IMG/VR virus record: IMGVR_UViG_3300020469_000262
Span: 1 to 24,116 of that record
Source of the DNA: a virus
Lineage: Duplodnaviria; Caudoviricetes
DNA: 24,116 nt
Reading direction: 5' to 3' (one strand)
Part shown: positions 15,379 to 24,116 of the stretch, in pieces
Numbering within the stretch: position 1 is the stretch's first letter
Layout of the letters: every line of letters starts with the position of its first letter
Program-made: the position numbers and the translations under genes
The notes under the pieces: generated by a model
What the model was told of the DNA's origin: nothing
The model's input: the letters and a program-made list of their open reading frames with translations, nothing else
Databases searched by the model: none

Positions 15379-17244
15379 ATGGCAAGAACAGTCCCAGGAC
15401 AAGGTGCAGTAATTGAACCACTCTTTAATTCTATATTTGGCGTTAGAGATGTTTTTGTGGTGGATGGGGGTAGTGGTTATAACCAGTCTGACCCACCTAA
15501 GTTAACTATAGGTAATTGTGGAACTCCTATTAGGGAGGCAATTCTTGAACCTATAATTACTAATGGTCAAATTGCTGCTGTAAAAGTATTAGATCCAGGT
15601 GAAGGGTACGATCCATTTAGAATTAATATAGAAACTGCTGGTGATGGTTTTGGTGCAAAGGCAAAAGCGATATTATATGAAACAGATCAGATTGATATTA
15701 ATGGTAATGTAATTGCTCCTGCTGGATCAATTCAATATATTCAAGTTTTATCTAATGGTGATCAATATTTTTCAGATGTTGTAACTGCTGAAATAAAAGG
15801 TGGTGGTGGATCAGGTGCTGAACTACGTCCTGTTACAGGTCTTATCACAGGTTTATCATTAGAAAGTGCTGGATCTAACTATGAAATAGGTGACGTTAAT
15901 ATTATTGTATCTGGTGGAGGGGGACAAGGTGCAACTGGTGTTGCTGAAGTTAATGAGTTTGGTATCGTTAAAACTATTAATGTATCTAATGTAGGTGAAT
16001 TTTATGAGACACCTCCTGTTATTTTATTAAATGGTGGTGGTGGTTCTGGTGGTAAAGCAATAGCAACTGTTGATCTTGGTGCTATCACTGGTATTAATAT
16101 CACAAATCCTGGTGGTGGATATTCAACTGCACCTTCAGTTCTCTTTACTAGAAATACAAACTTAACTAAGACATCCAGAAATAGACAGTCATTTAACTCC
16201 ACATTATATAATATTACTGGTCTATTAACTAGCGTTGATGAAAACGATACTAGCATCTTTGTTCAAACAACTGATCCATATCCAGGTTCAGGAAAAATAT
16301 TAATTGGAAGAGAAGTAATAAGATATACAGGTAAAACAGGTACGTCATTTACTGGTTGTGACCGTGCTCTAAACTTTAGATACGATCAAAAAGTAACCTT
16401 AGATGCACTTGCAGATATTGGTGGTACATCTGGATATGAATTTTTTGTTGGTGATAGAGTTGTAAGAACTAATGAAAGTTCTGGTAATAAGATTGCTAGA
16501 GTATATGATTGGATACCATCTGAAAGAGCATTATATTTGACATTTGAAGTTGACGAACTAGCATTCATTGATGGTGGTTCATCTCAAATCAAATCTCAAG
16601 TAATTGACTTTTATGCTGGTGTTGCATCATCTTCTGGTACTGGTCTTGCACCACATAATATTATTGATTCAGCAGGATCAACTATAGTTACATTAACAGT
16701 TCCTATCAGTTCAATATCTGATAAAGATTTTGAAGACATTGCAGAACTTCAAGGTGCTGGTGATGGTATACCTGATTTGATCAATACTGGCACTGATTTT
16801 GCTGGTAACATAAATCTAGATGGTGGTATAGCATCATCATTATATGGTATTGAAGAGACATTAGGTGGTACCAATACAACATTGTTTGCTGTTGGAGACC
16901 AAATGTCTGATGGTTCAAATCCTCCACTATCACCTACAGTATCCGTTGCGGGTGAGCTGGGTGATGGAGATGTCCACGTTGCACAAGTAGATTTCTTATT
17001 CCGTTCACATACAACAGGAAACTATGTTGTAGGTGAGACTGTTGTAGGATCTATCACTGGTATCACTGGTATTGTAACCGCTTGGGATGCAGCAACAAAA
17101 ACCTTATCAATAGGTTCAACCGTAGGAAATTCTGGTAATTTCTTATGGAATGATAATGAAACAATCACAGGTAATGGGTCTGGAATTGTTGGAACGATAC
17201 AAAAAATTTACTATCCTTCCTCAGTTCGCAATGAACCTGATTAA
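15379..17244 (+). CDS. Virion structural (baseplate-region) protein with ~6 Gly-rich ~40-aa repeats (621 aa)
   Basis: Repeats I..I.V...G.GY...P...I.GGGG.GA.A.A in the N-terminal ~250 aa; TSIFVQTT..YP.SGKILIG.EVIRYTGK....FTGC.R module; C-terminal GE.V.G..TG.TG.V..WD module. Position immediately upstream of gp8. Confidence 0.75.
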   Translation: MARTVPGQGAVIEPLFNSIFGVRDVFVVDGGSGYNQSDPPKLTIGNCGTPIREAILEPIITNGQIAAVKVLDPGEGYDPFRINIETAGDGFGAKAKAILYETDQIDINGNVIAPAGSIQYIQVLSNGDQYFSDVVTAEIKGGGGSGAELRPVTGLITGLSLESAGSNYEIGDVNIIVSGGGGQGATGVAEVNEFGIVKTINVSNVGEFYETPPVILLNGGGGSGGKAIATVDLGAITGINITNPGGGYSTAPSVLFTRNTNLTKTSRNRQSFNSTLYNITGLLTSVDENDTSIFVQTTDPYPGSGKILIGREVIRYTGKTGTSFTGCDRALNFRYDQKVTLDALADIGGTSGYEFFVGDRVVRTNESSGNKIARVYDWIPSERALYLTFEVDELAFIDGGSSQIKSQVIDFYAGVASSSGTGLAPHNIIDSAGSTIVTLTVPISSISDKDFEDIAELQGAGDGIPDLINTGTDFAGNINLDGGIASSLYGIEETLGGTNTTLFAVGDQMSDGSNPPLSPTVSVAGELGDGDVHVAQVDFLFRSHTTGNYVVGETVVGSITGITGIVTAWDAATKTLSIGSTVGNSGNFLWNDNETITGNGSGIVGTIQKIYYPSSVRNEPD

Positions 17245-17250
17245 ACCTAG

Positions 17251-17258
17251 TATAAATA
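17251..17258 (+). promoter_or_regulatory. T4-type late promoter TATAAATA
   Basis: Perfect consensus in the 36-nt intergenic gap before gp8. Confidence 0.85.
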
Positions 17259-17260
17259 AA

Positions 17261-17267
17261 AGGAAGG
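17261..17267 (+). promoter_or_regulatory. Possible ribosome binding site AGGAAGG
   Basis: Purine-rich motif 13 nt upstream of the ATG at 17281; spacing is somewhat long. Confidence 0.4.
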
Positions 17268-17280
17268 CAATAGCAGTCAT

Positions 17281-18816
17281 ATGGCACTACTAACTGACCA
17301 ATTTAGAATATTCACTGCGGAGAAGTTCATCAAATCACTCGAAGGTCCTGATAAGAACCAGAGTGACATAGCTGCTGGTGCGAACAGAGATCGCTTGTAT
17401 GTTTTTATTGGTAGACCCCAAGAATGGGATAACGAAAACAATCCACCAACCCCTGTTGATTCTTTTCAGGAGTTCTCTGATAGTTACGATGATATGATCT
17501 CGATGAAGCGTGTTCTTGCGAATGACGCTGTTCAGGTTATACGTCGTATTGACTGGATTCCCCCAGAACAAACAACTGGTGGTTTAGGTTATGTGTATGA
17601 TATGTATCGTAATGATTATTCATCTAGTAAGACTGCTTCTAGTGGTGCTACAAAACTTTACGATGCTGATTTCTATGTTGTAAATAGTTCATATCAAGCA
17701 TATAAATGTATCTACAATGGAACGTCACCATCCGACCCGAACGGTAAACCATCGACGATTGAACCTACAGGTACTTCTACTTCAATTATCACTACTGCTG
17801 ATGGTTATCGCTGGAAGTATATGTTTACAATACCAGTTGGACAAGTTTTAAAATTCTTCTCTGGTGATTATATGCCAGTGTTGACTGATACTGCTGTTAT
17901 ATCTGATGCTGTTGGTGGTGAGGTTGATACAGTTGTTATTCAATCATCTGGTTCTGGTTACAACAACGGTACATATGAAAACATTCCTGTAAAGGGTGAT
18001 GGTACTGGTGGAAGAATTTCTGTTGTGGTTGATGGTGGTCGTATTGTAAACGCTACTGTAACTTCTGGAGGATCTAATTATTCCTTCGGTAAAGTAATTA
18101 TTGATGAGATTAATGGTATTGGTGCTGGTACAGGATCAGGTGGTGCTATTGATGTTATCATTCCACCTAAAGGTGGACACGGATCTGATCCAGCAATTGA
18201 ACTTGGTGGATATCGTGTGATGATTAACACGAAGTTTACCTACGATGAAGGATCAGGTGACTTCCCAACTGATAATGATTACAGACGTATTGGATTAAAT
18301 TTAAATCCACTTAAATATGGTACTGAAGAACTTGCAGATGCTATCACATTATCATCTACAAACGCTGTGATTTTCTCTCCAGACTTCACAGGATCATTCA
18401 ACACGGATGAAATTATTACTCAAACTCGTACTATCGGTGGTCAACAGGTGACTGCTAGAGGTAGAGTTGTTTCTTGGAACTCAACAACTAAAGTTTTGAA
18501 ATATTATCAAAACAGAGTTGATGGTATCTTCCCAGAAATTTCTGGTAACAAGACTGTATTTGATGGAGGTAATACAGTTGTTGGTTCGGGATCTGGTACT
18601 TCTGCTGACCCTGATATTAACTTCCCTATTATTCCTGGTGAAGCAACACGTGTTATAAACAACACTGAATATGACCTAGGTATGTCATTCACATCTGGAT
18701 ATGCAAAACCAGAAGTGAAAAAAGACTCTGGAAAAGTCATCTACATAGACAATAGGAGAGCAATCTCTCGTGCTGGAGACCAAATTGAAGACATTAAGAT
18801 CGTAGTAGAGTTCTAA
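17281..18816 (+). CDS. gp8: Baseplate wedge subunit gp8 (511 aa)
   Basis: LYVFIGRPQEW...PPTP.D, MISMKRV...VIRRIDW, FYVVNSSYQ.YKCIYNG, ADGYRWKYMFTI, FP..NDYRRIGL..NP, SG.VIYIDNR..I.R..DQ.EDIKIVVEF are the T4 gp8 family motifs. Confidence 0.93.
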   Translation: MALLTDQFRIFTAEKFIKSLEGPDKNQSDIAAGANRDRLYVFIGRPQEWDNENNPPTPVDSFQEFSDSYDDMISMKRVLANDAVQVIRRIDWIPPEQTTGGLGYVYDMYRNDYSSSKTASSGATKLYDADFYVVNSSYQAYKCIYNGTSPSDPNGKPSTIEPTGTSTSIITTADGYRWKYMFTIPVGQVLKFFSGDYMPVLTDTAVISDAVGGEVDTVVIQSSGSGYNNGTYENIPVKGDGTGGRISVVVDGGRIVNATVTSGGSNYSFGKVIIDEINGIGAGTGSGGAIDVIIPPKGGHGSDPAIELGGYRVMINTKFTYDEGSGDFPTDNDYRRIGLNLNPLKYGTEELADAITLSSTNAVIFSPDFTGSFNTDEIITQTRTIGGQQVTARGRVVSWNSTTKVLKYYQNRVDGIFPEISGNKTVFDGGNTVVGSGSGTSADPDINFPIIPGEATRVINNTEYDLGMSFTSGYAKPEVKKDSGKVIYIDNRRAISRAGDQIEDIKIVVEF

Positions 18817-18820
18817 ACCA

Positions 18821-21800
18821 ATGCCACAGAATACCAATCTGAACATATCGCCATACTTCGACGATTTCGATAAAACAAATAACTTTTATCGAGTTCTATT
18901 TCGTCCTGGTTATCCAATCCAAGCAAGAGAGTTAACAACACTTCAATCTTTGATGCAAAATCAGATTGAATCTTTTGGTACTCATATGTTCAAGGATGGC
19001 TCGATGGTCATTCCTGGTCAAATAGGTTATGACTTAGATGCAAAAGCAGTATTGCTTCAAGGATCATTTTTAGGAGCAGACGTTGAGCAATATAGAGCTA
19101 ATTTAACTGGAACTATCATAAGTGGTTTAACTACTGGTGTAAAAGCAAAAGTTATATTTTCAATTGGAGCAACAGAATCAACTCGTGGATATATTACTTT
19201 ATATGTTAAGTATCTAACATCTGGTGGTGATGAATCTACTGAAAGAACATTTGTAAATAACGAACAGTTAATATCTGAAACTGAGATTACTTACGGTAAT
19301 TCACTTATTGAAGTTGGAACTCCATTTGCACAATTATTACCTACAAACTCTACTTCTGTAGGTTCTACTGCAACTATTGCTAACGGTGTATATTTCATTC
19401 GTGGATATTTTGTTGATGTTGTTGAACAAACTATCATCCTCGATCAGTATACAAACAGTCCTTCTTATAGGGTTGGTCTTGAGATCTTTGAATCTATTGT
19501 TACTCCAGAAGATGACCCATCACTAAACGATAATGCTACAGGTACTTCTAACTACTCTGCTCCTGGTGGACATAGATTCCGTATCAGAACCAGTCTAGTT
19601 AAGAAAGTTATCGATGATGATACAGATAAAAACTTTATTGAACTTTTAAGAATTAATAATTCTCAAATTGAAACTTTTGTAGAACGTTCAGCATATAATG
19701 AATTAGCAAGAGAATTAGCAAGGAGAACATTTGACGAGTCTGGTGATTACACTACTCGTGACTTTGATGTTCGTATTAGAGAGCATAAGAATGACGGTGC
19801 TAACGGTGGTGTATATTTACAAGGATCAACATCACCTGGTGGTATATCAGCATCTGAAGCATATTATGTAATTGAAGTTGGACCTGGAAAGGCATATGTA
19901 AGAGGTTATGAATCTGAAACTCTAGTTCCTACTTTTGTAGATTTAGAAAAATCAAGAACAACTGTAGCATTACAGAACTCTATCGTTCCATTTGAACTCG
20001 GCAATTATATGCTGATGAATAATGTAAAAGGTTCTCCTATTGTAAACGGAAACAGTATTACATCAAACTATCAAGTTGTTGAGTTTAGAGATATTAAACC
20101 TAATGGATCTTTAACTTCATCTGGTAATATTATTGGTTATGGTCGTGTTGCTGCATATGAATATCATAATGGTATTAACGTAACATCTTCTTCTACAGTA
20201 TTCAAAACATACGTATTTGACTTACAACCATTAACTTTAATGAAGTTGAGTCAAAATGTAACAGTAGCACAAGGTCACGTTATTAGAGGACGTACTTCTA
20301 AAGCAAAAGCATTTGTGGAAGCAGATTATACAGGTGTTGATCTTATTAAGTTGTATCAATCTTATGGTACATTTAAAACTGGTGAAGTTATTGAAAGAGA
20401 TGGTGTGGAAATTGGAACTGTTGTTGAAACATTCACACACGAAATAACTGATGCTAAAGGTCTGATCGGTAAAGATCCTGATACTAATGCAGTTATTTTT
20501 GCTGGTGATTTTATATTAGATCAAGAAACAATCATTCTAGGTTCTAACTTCAATGTTAGTTCTAGTGGTAGTACTGGTACTATTACTGGTACACAGTCTA
20601 ACTTTACTTTAGATCTCAGACCAGGTGATCAATTAACGTTTAACAATGCCAATTTTTTAAACGTTGATCTAATTGACTTAACAGGAACAAATATTGATAA
20701 TAATCTAACAAGTGCAACTACAGCAACTTATAGTGGTAACAATATTCCAGCAGGAGATTATGGATTTATGGTTCGTCAAAGACCACAAATTTATGATAGA
20801 GAAACTGCTGATTTAATGATTGAGATGCCCAAAGCATCAATCAAGTCTATCTCAGATGAATCTGCAATAGTTGCACGTTCATTTGACGACATTACAGTTA
20901 CAGGAGCAAATGACTTTACAATTTCCTTACCAGCAGACGAACAGTTTTTGGCATATGATAAAGACCATTACGCCTTGGTGGAACTTGCACCAACCGCAGG
21001 AACACTTATCGACATCGAAAGCAACATCACATTTAATAGCACAGGTACACCGAGAACTTCATTAACAGTATCTGGTCTTACAGGTGTAAGTACAGTACGT
21101 TTAGTTGCATCAGTTTCTAAAAACTCAGCTGAGAAGAAACTTAAGAATGCTACTCAGATGGAAGTGATGAAAGTAGAGAAAACTGCTAACTCATCTGATA
21201 ATGTTAAATATAATTTGACATATGGATCACTATATGGAACTCGTATTGAAGATGAAGAAATATCTTTAGGATCTACAGACGTTTATAATATACACGCTAT
21301 ATACGAATCAAATGATGATAACGCTGCTATCGTTCCAAACTTGACGATGCAAGCAGCGACTATCTTTAATAAAGGTACAATTATTGAAGGACAGACATCT
21401 AAAGCAAAGGCACGTGTTGTAAACTTTAACTCCGTTTCATATGTTTGCCATTTTGTATATGAAAATGAGAATCTATTCTCACTTGGTGAAACTGTACAAG
21501 GTTTTGATGCTAACGGTAACATAATCAGTGGTCTTATTAATGATGCTGATGGATCCATTAATAATGGTTCTCGTAATATTACTTCTAACTTCTATCTTGA
21601 TGCTAACCAGCAAGGTCATTATTATGACATATCTAAACTAATTAAGTTTTCTGCTGCTGGTGCACCTCTTCGTAAGTTGATGATAGTCTTTGACAGATTC
21701 ACACACGAAGCAACAGGTGATTACTTTGCATCACAGTCATACGTTGGTATTGATTATAAAGATATTCCATCAATTAATTTCAATGGTGAAACAAGAGAAC

Positions 21801-24116
21801 TTAGAGATGTTCTTGACTTTAGACCTGCCGTCACTCCAGTTTTATCTGGATCAGGAACTGTCGGTTCACCATACTATGTTAACTGTGCATCATTAGACTT
21901 TAAAGATAGAGGATTTGCTTCAGGTGGTGTTGCAAATAACGCCACGGTTATTGATATTCCAAAACCAGAATCAGATTTCCGTTGTGACTATGATTATTAC
22001 GTTGGAAGAATTGATAAGTTATTCTTAACAGACCAGCAAGGATTTAAAGTTGCGAAGGGTATACCTGGTGAATCAGATGATGTACCTGGTAATATTGATA
22101 ATGCAATGTTACTTGCTACTTTATATCACGAACCATATGGATATGGTCCTGAAGGAGTTCATATTGTTAGAGAAAACAATAGACGATTTACTATGCGTGA
22201 TATCGGTCTTATTGAAAGAAGAGTTGATAATTTAGAATATTATACTTCACTATCACTTTTAGAACTTGAAACTGCATCTCTACCTATCAAAGATAGTGAT
22301 GGTTTTGATAAGTTTAAAAACGGATTCCTTGTAGACAACTTTACAAGTTTCGATACAGCTGAATCGACAAACGAAGACTTTGCTTGTGCTCTAGACTTTA
22401 CTGATGGCACTATGCGTGCTGCTCACTATACAACGAACGTAGCTTTAGAATATAATGCTACTTCATCTAGTGGTGTTACTCTCCATTCAACAGGAACATT
22501 AACACTTCCATATAATGAGATGACATTTATTGTTCAACCATATGCTTCTAGAGTTGAGAATGTAAACCCATTCAACGTGTTTGCATATATTGGTAGATTA
22601 GATTTATATCCATCTTCTGATGACTGGGTTGATACACGTAGAGTACCAGATAGAGTTGTTAATATTGAAGGTGACTTTACTGCTACTATCCAACGTCTTG
22701 GTGGTGATGAAAACACTGGATTTGTTCCTACACAATGGAATTCTTGGAGAACTAACTGGTCTTCTGCTTCCAGTAGGTCTGATCAACAGACTATGAGAAG
22801 GGGTAGGTGGCCATTTATTAGAAGAGTTACTACAACAACTACAAACACTGTAAGTAGTCAGGGACGTTCTGGTATTAGAAGTAGAGTCACACCTAGAATT
22901 GATCGTCAGAATATGGGTGATCGTACTTTAGAAAAAACAGTAATACCTTTTATTAGATCAAGAAACATTGCGTTTAAGATTCAACGTCTAAAACCAAATA
23001 CAAGATTCTATGCCTTTATTGATAACGTAGATGTAAATTACTTTACAACACCAAGATTGATTGAGGTTATTAAGAACCCAGTTGATGATAGTCGTACAAA
23101 TAACACACCATTTGTTACTAATGAAACTGTTGTAGGTCAGACATCTGGATGTAGATTAAAAATTGTAAGTCCTGAAACAGGATTTGATGATGGTAAATCA
23201 CCTTATGATGGATCTGATCTTCCAACATCTTATGCTTCTACAACAGGTTTCTTAAACATTGATACTAAAACAATGTCAGAAACAGTTGCTGGTTCATATT
23301 ATGGTAATCCTATTGAAACTGAGATTCTTGTAGGACAAACATCTGGTGCTCGTGCTGTTGTTAAAACAAAACGTTTAGTTGCAAACACTAACGGTGATAT
23401 GGAAGGTATTATGTGGGTACCGAATCCACGTGTATCAACCAACCCAAGATTTGCTACAGGTACACGTGTTGTAAGACTTACCACATCAGATACTGACTCC
23501 AGAATACCAGGTCAGGTTGATTCTGCTGCATCTGCTAACTATGTTGCGTCAGGTGTTATTGAAACTAAACAGACAACAATCTTTGCTGTTAGAAATGCTG
23601 ATATTGTAAGAGATACAGTTACACAAGATAGAACTGTTAATAACACTACAAGTAATGTAACTAGAGACACAGGTTGGTATGACCCTCTTGCACAATCATT
23701 CTTGGTTGAATCTAAAGGTGGTGCATTCTTAACAAGTGCTGATCTATATTTCAATACAAGAGATGAGAGAATACCTGTATCAGTACAGGTTAGAGAAATG
23801 GCAAATGGTTATCCAACTACCAAAGTTCTTGCTTTCTCTGACGTTACTCTTCTACCTTCACAGATCAATTTATCTGAGAATGGTACAGTTGCTACAAGAT
23901 TTACATTTGATTCACCTGTATACGTTACAGAAAATAGAGAATACTGTTTAGTTGTTCTTTCTGACTCTAACGAATTTAAACTCTGGATTTCAAGAATGGG
24001 TGAGGATGATGTTACTAATGACAGAACGATCTCTGAACAGCCATATGCTGGTGTTCTATTCAAATCACAGAACGCATCTACTTGGACTGCTGACCAGTAT
24101 GAAGATTTAAAATTCA
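18821..24116 (+). CDS. Large VrlC-like / DUF4815 virion baseplate-associated protein (3'-truncated, >1765 aa)
   Basis: ATG 18821: MPQNTNLNISPYFDDFDKTNNFYRVLFRPGYPIQARELTTLQS...; later ARRTFDESGDY, GKAYVRGYE, RRFTMRDIG.IERRV.NLEYYTSLSLLE, FKNGFLVDNF, WYDPLAQSF, GVLFKSQNASTWTADQYEDLKF at the window edge, all in the same frame. Absent from the ORF track, consistent with no stop before the end. Confidence 0.88.
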   Translation, partial: MPQNTNLNISPYFDDFDKTNNFYRVLFRPGYPIQARELTTLQSLMQNQIESFGTHMFKDGSMVIPGQIGYDLDAKAVLLQGSFLGADVEQYRANLTGTIISGLTTGVKAKVIFSIGATESTRGYITLYVKYLTSGGDESTERTFVNNEQLISETEITYGNSLIEVGTPFAQLLPTNSTSVGSTATIANGVYFIRGYFVDVVEQTIILDQYTNSPSYRVGLEIFESIVTPEDDPSLNDNATGTSNYSAPGGHRFRIRTSLVKKVIDDDTDKNFIELLRINNSQIETFVERSAYNELARELARRTFDESGDYTTRDFDVRIREHKNDGANGGVYLQGSTSPGGISASEAYYVIEVGPGKAYVRGYESETLVPTFVDLEKSRTTVALQNSIVPFELGNYMLMNNVKGSPIVNGNSITSNYQVVEFRDIKPNGSLTSSGNIIGYGRVAAYEYHNGINVTSSSTVFKTYVFDLQPLTLMKLSQNVTVAQGHVIRGRTSKAKAFVEADYTGVDLIKLYQSYGTFKTGEVIERDGVEIGTVVETFTHEITDAKGLIGKDPDTNAVIFAGDFILDQETIILGSNFNVSSSGSTGTITGTQSNFTLDLRPGDQLTFNNANFLNVDLIDLTGTNIDNNLTSATTATYSGNNIPAGDYGFMVRQRPQIYDRETADLMIEMPKASIKSISDESAIVARSFDDITVTGANDFTISLPADEQFLAYDKDHYALVELAPTAGTLIDIESNITFNSTGTPRTSLTVSGLTGVSTVRLVASVSKNSAEKKLKNATQMEVMKVEKTANSSDNVKYNLTYGSLYGTRIEDEEISLGSTDVYNIHAIYESNDDNAAIVPNLTMQAATIFNKGTIIEGQTSKAKARVVNFNSVSYVCHFVYENENLFSLGETVQGFDANGNIISGLINDADGSINNGSRNITSNFYLDANQQGHYYDISKLIKFSAAGAPLRKLMIVFDRFTHEATGDYFASQSYVGIDYKDIPSINFNGETRELRDVLDFRPAVTPVLSGSGTVGSPYYVNCASLDFKDRGFASGGVANNATVIDIPKPESDFRCDYDYYVGRIDKLFLTDQQGFKVAKGIPGESDDVPGNIDNAMLLATLYHEPYGYGPEGVHIVRENNRRFTMRDIGLIERRVDNLEYYTSLSLLELETASLPIKDSDGFDKFKNGFLVDNFTSFDTAESTNEDFACALDFTDGTMRAAHYTTNVALEYNATSSSGVTLHSTGTLTLPYNEMTFIVQPYASRVENVNPFNVFAYIGRLDLYPSSDDWVDTRRVPDRVVNIEGDFTATIQRLGGDENTGFVPTQWNSWRTNWSSASSRSDQQTMRRGRWPFIRRVTTTTTNTVSSQGRSGIRSRVTPRIDRQNMGDRTLEKTVIPFIRSRNIAFKIQRLKPNTRFYAFIDNVDVNYFTTPRLIEVIKNPVDDSRTNNTPFVTNETVVGQTSGCRLKIVSPETGFDDGKSPYDGSDLPTSYASTTGFLNIDTKTMSETVAGSYYGNPIETEILVGQTSGARAVVKTKRLVANTNGDMEGIMWVPNPRVSTNPRFATGTRVVRLTTSDTDSRIPGQVDSAASANYVASGVIETKQTTIFAVRNADIVRDTVTQDRTVNNTTSNVTRDTGWYDPLAQSFLVESKGGAFLTSADLYFNTRDERIPVSVQVREMANGYPTTKVLAFSDVTLLPSQINLSENGTVATRFTFDSPVYVTENREYCLVVLSDSNEFKLWISRMGEDDVTNDRTISEQPYAGVLFKSQNASTWTADQYEDLKF

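Noticed and set aside
969-24063. Many 60-114 aa ORFs on the minus strand and alternative plus frames
   Set aside because: All lie within long genes, have no recognisable motifs, and are the expected shadows of the strong NNT/NNA codon bias.
1-24116. Inteins, introns or homing endonucleases as the source of the insertions
   Set aside because: No intein C...HN-[CST] blocks, LAGLIDADG/HNH/GIY-YIG motifs or frame interruptions were recognised.
1-24116. GATC looks frequent (possible Dam-methylation signature)
   Set aside because: Only an impression from reading; Asp-Pro, Asp-Leu and Gly-Ser codon pairs could explain it. It needs a codon-aware count.

Overview
AT-rich, fully coding, all-plus-strand segment of a T4-like marine myophage, most likely a cyanophage (Kyanoviridae). 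It covers the late baseplate module. In order: the 3' part of a giant gp7-like baseplate wedge protein (open from base 1 to 11946, >3980 aa); a YHYH-domain protein with an inserted cupredoxin-like domain and an Ig-like domain; a fibre-like protein with a gp9/gp10-type N-terminus and a C-terminal cupredoxin-like domain; a Gly-rich repeat structural protein; baseplate wedge gp8; and a VrlC/DUF4815-type protein that starts at 18821 and runs off the window (absent from the ORF track). Two intergenic T4-type late promoters are visible. The most striking signal is inside the giant protein, where repeats are nested like balanced brackets rather than in tandem. Seven beta-rich repeats form a branched tree of domain-in-domain insertions, and that tree sits inside three nested helical repeats. 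Two adjacent putative virion proteins carry complete amicyanin-type His...Cys-x2-His-x2-Met ligand sets. All family assignments come from motif recognition by eye; no database search was run.
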